Shown in pieces: positions 62,698 to 64,000 of a stretch of 64,000 nt of DNA. This DNA comes from an uncultured Chloroflexia bacterium. GTDB taxonomy: Bacteria > Chloroflexota > Limnocylindria > Limnocylindrales > CSP1-4. How positions within the stretch are numbered: position 1 is the first letter of the stretch; each line of letters starts with the position of its first letter. The stretch lies in the NCBI GenBank assembly GCA_963828165.1, contig CAWHDR010000001.1, positions 1,760,001 to 1,824,000 on the forward strand, written 5' to 3'. A model generated the notes under the pieces. It was not told the origin of the DNA and ran no database searches. It saw only the letters and a program-made list of their open reading frames with translations. Position numbers and translations under genes: made by a program.

Positions 62698-64000
62698 TTG
62701 CTGAACGCGTCGGTCGGCGTCCAGCGCGTCATAGGACGCGTGCGTCGATCCTCGAGCCAAGAGTCCACGCGAGTGGTTCGCACTCCCACTCGCATCCGGG
62801 TCAGTCACCCGACCCGCGACCCGATGGCATCGACTCATCTCTACCACCGATCCCAGGCGCGCCGCAGCACCTTCGCGCTGCCGGCCCTGGCGATCCCTCG
62901 TCACCTCGCGATGCCGGCCCTGGCGATGCCACGCCAGCTGGCCATCCCGCGTCATCTGTCGATCCGCACGACTCTGCGACGGCTCGGTCATGAGCGCACC
63001 ACGGCGGTCGCGGTCGCCGGGATCGTGCTCGCCGCCTCGTTCCTGAGCGTCTCCCCCGGTCGTCCCAGTGGGGACACGGGTGGCCCGACCGGCGATGGGC
63101 CGGGACCGCGGCTCGCCATCGGTGGTCCGGGCGGTGACGGCGGCACCGAGTACGGGAACGTCGTGTCCTCGTACGAAGAGGAACCGGCCGACGAGACCAC
63201 GGATGCGGCGGCCGCAGGCCCTGCCGCCGCCGATCCCGCGGAGGTCGTCGAGATCCCCGTGCGACTCGAGCACGTCCAGGACGGCGCCGCCGTGGCCGCC
63301 GCCCTTGCCGCCCCCACGACCGTCGAGGGTCCGTTCCTCGACGACGGCACCCTGCTCAAGCCCGTCGCGGTCGACACCTCCGTCCCTGACGGCAGCGACC
63401 TCATCCGCACGTACAAGGTCAAGGCCGGCGACACGCTCGCCGGCATCGCCGCGAAGTTCGACGTGACGACGATGACGTTGTGGTGGGCCAACAAGCTCAA
63501 GGCGAAGAACGCCCTCGTGCGCGGCCAGGAGCTCAAGATCCCGCCGGTGACCGGTCTCGTCGTCGAGGTCAAGTCGACCGACACCCTCGCGTCGCTCGCC
63601 CGTCGCTACAAGGTCGCCGAGACCGAGATCCTCACGACCAACCAGATCGACGATCGCAACCTCGTCGTCGGCCAGGTGCTCGTCCTGCCGGATGCGAAGG
63701 GCGCCCCGATCAAAACCCCGAAGCCCAAGCCGAAGGCCACATCGCGGCCGGCCGCGCGCAGCGGCGGCGGCTCCGGCAGCCGTGCACCGGTGCGAGCGCC
63801 CAAGACCTACTCCGGCGGCAACTTCGCCTGGCCGGCACCCGGCGGTCGAATCAGCCAGTACTACCACTACGGCCACTACGGTCTCGACATCGACGGCAGC
63901 TCGGGCGACCGCATCATCGCCGCGGCGTCGGGCACGGTCACCTTCGCCGGCTGGAAGAGCAACGGCGGCGGCTACCAGGTATGGATCTCGCACGGCAGCG
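62698..64000 (+). CDS. LysM x2 + M23 family peptidase, truncated by window end
   Basis: AGGAGA then TTG (alternative ATG at 62824); TM segment; YKVKAGDTL..IA..F.V....L..AN; DTL.S.A.RY; WP....ISQ.Y...H.G.DI......I.AA..G.V. Confidence 0.88.
   Translation, partial: MLNASVGVQRVIGRVRRSSSQESTRVVRTPTRIRVSHPTRDPMASTHLYHRSQARRSTFALPALAIPRHLAMPALAMPRQLAIPRHLSIRTTLRRLGHERTTAVAVAGIVLAASFLSVSPGRPSGDTGGPTGDGPGPRLAIGGPGGDGGTEYGNVVSSYEEEPADETTDAAAAGPAAADPAEVVEIPVRLEHVQDGAAVAAALAAPTTVEGPFLDDGTLLKPVAVDTSVPDGSDLIRTYKVKAGDTLAGIAAKFDVTTMTLWWANKLKAKNALVRGQELKIPPVTGLVVEVKSTDTLASLARRYKVAETEILTTNQIDDRNLVVGQVLVLPDAKGAPIKTPKPKPKATSRPAARSGGGSGSRAPVRAPKTYSGGNFAWPAPGGRISQYYHYGHYGLDIDGSSGDRIIAAASGTVTFAGWKSNGGGYQVWISHGS

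Noticed and set aside
62500-62700. c-di-AMP (ydaO) riboswitch before the LysM/M23 gene
   Set aside because: Conserved ydaO motifs could not be found by eye

Overview
High-GC (roughly 70% by eye), gene-dense bacterial DNA. It most resembles a monoderm soil/sediment lineage such as Chloroflexota (Limnocylindria-like); this is an inference from the short Rho, Ser/Ala/Pro-repeat lipoprotein linkers and leaderless genes. Core genes sit at both ends: psuG, pyrG and tal on the left, rho and a LysM/M23 peptidase on the right. Between tal and rho are about 51 kb of accessory catabolic modules. (i) A five-gene operon pairing a xanthine-oxidase-family Mo enzyme (M/S/L subunits) with two incomplete, complementary PEP-utilising phospho-His proteins, one of them a PPDK N-terminus fused to a winged-helix-like domain; this is the best candidate for an undescribed system. 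(ii) A LacI-controlled divergon for an unknown substrate (GMC oxidoreductase, aldolase, ALDH, CoA-transferase, crotonase, LLM, AroE-like, FAH, creatininase, SDRs, MBL hydrolase). (iii) A ROK/GntR-controlled sugar locus with an ABC transporter, nagA, deoC and exported enzymes of the 3-keto-glycoside redox/elimination type. (iv) An SDR/FAD/phosphotriesterase/Gfo operon and a MocR-EamA-PPOX module. Several apparent frameshifts, mostly single-base insertions, suggest long-read assembly errors. No rRNA, tRNA, CRISPR array, integrase or transposase was recognised. All assignments come from motif recognition, not database searches.
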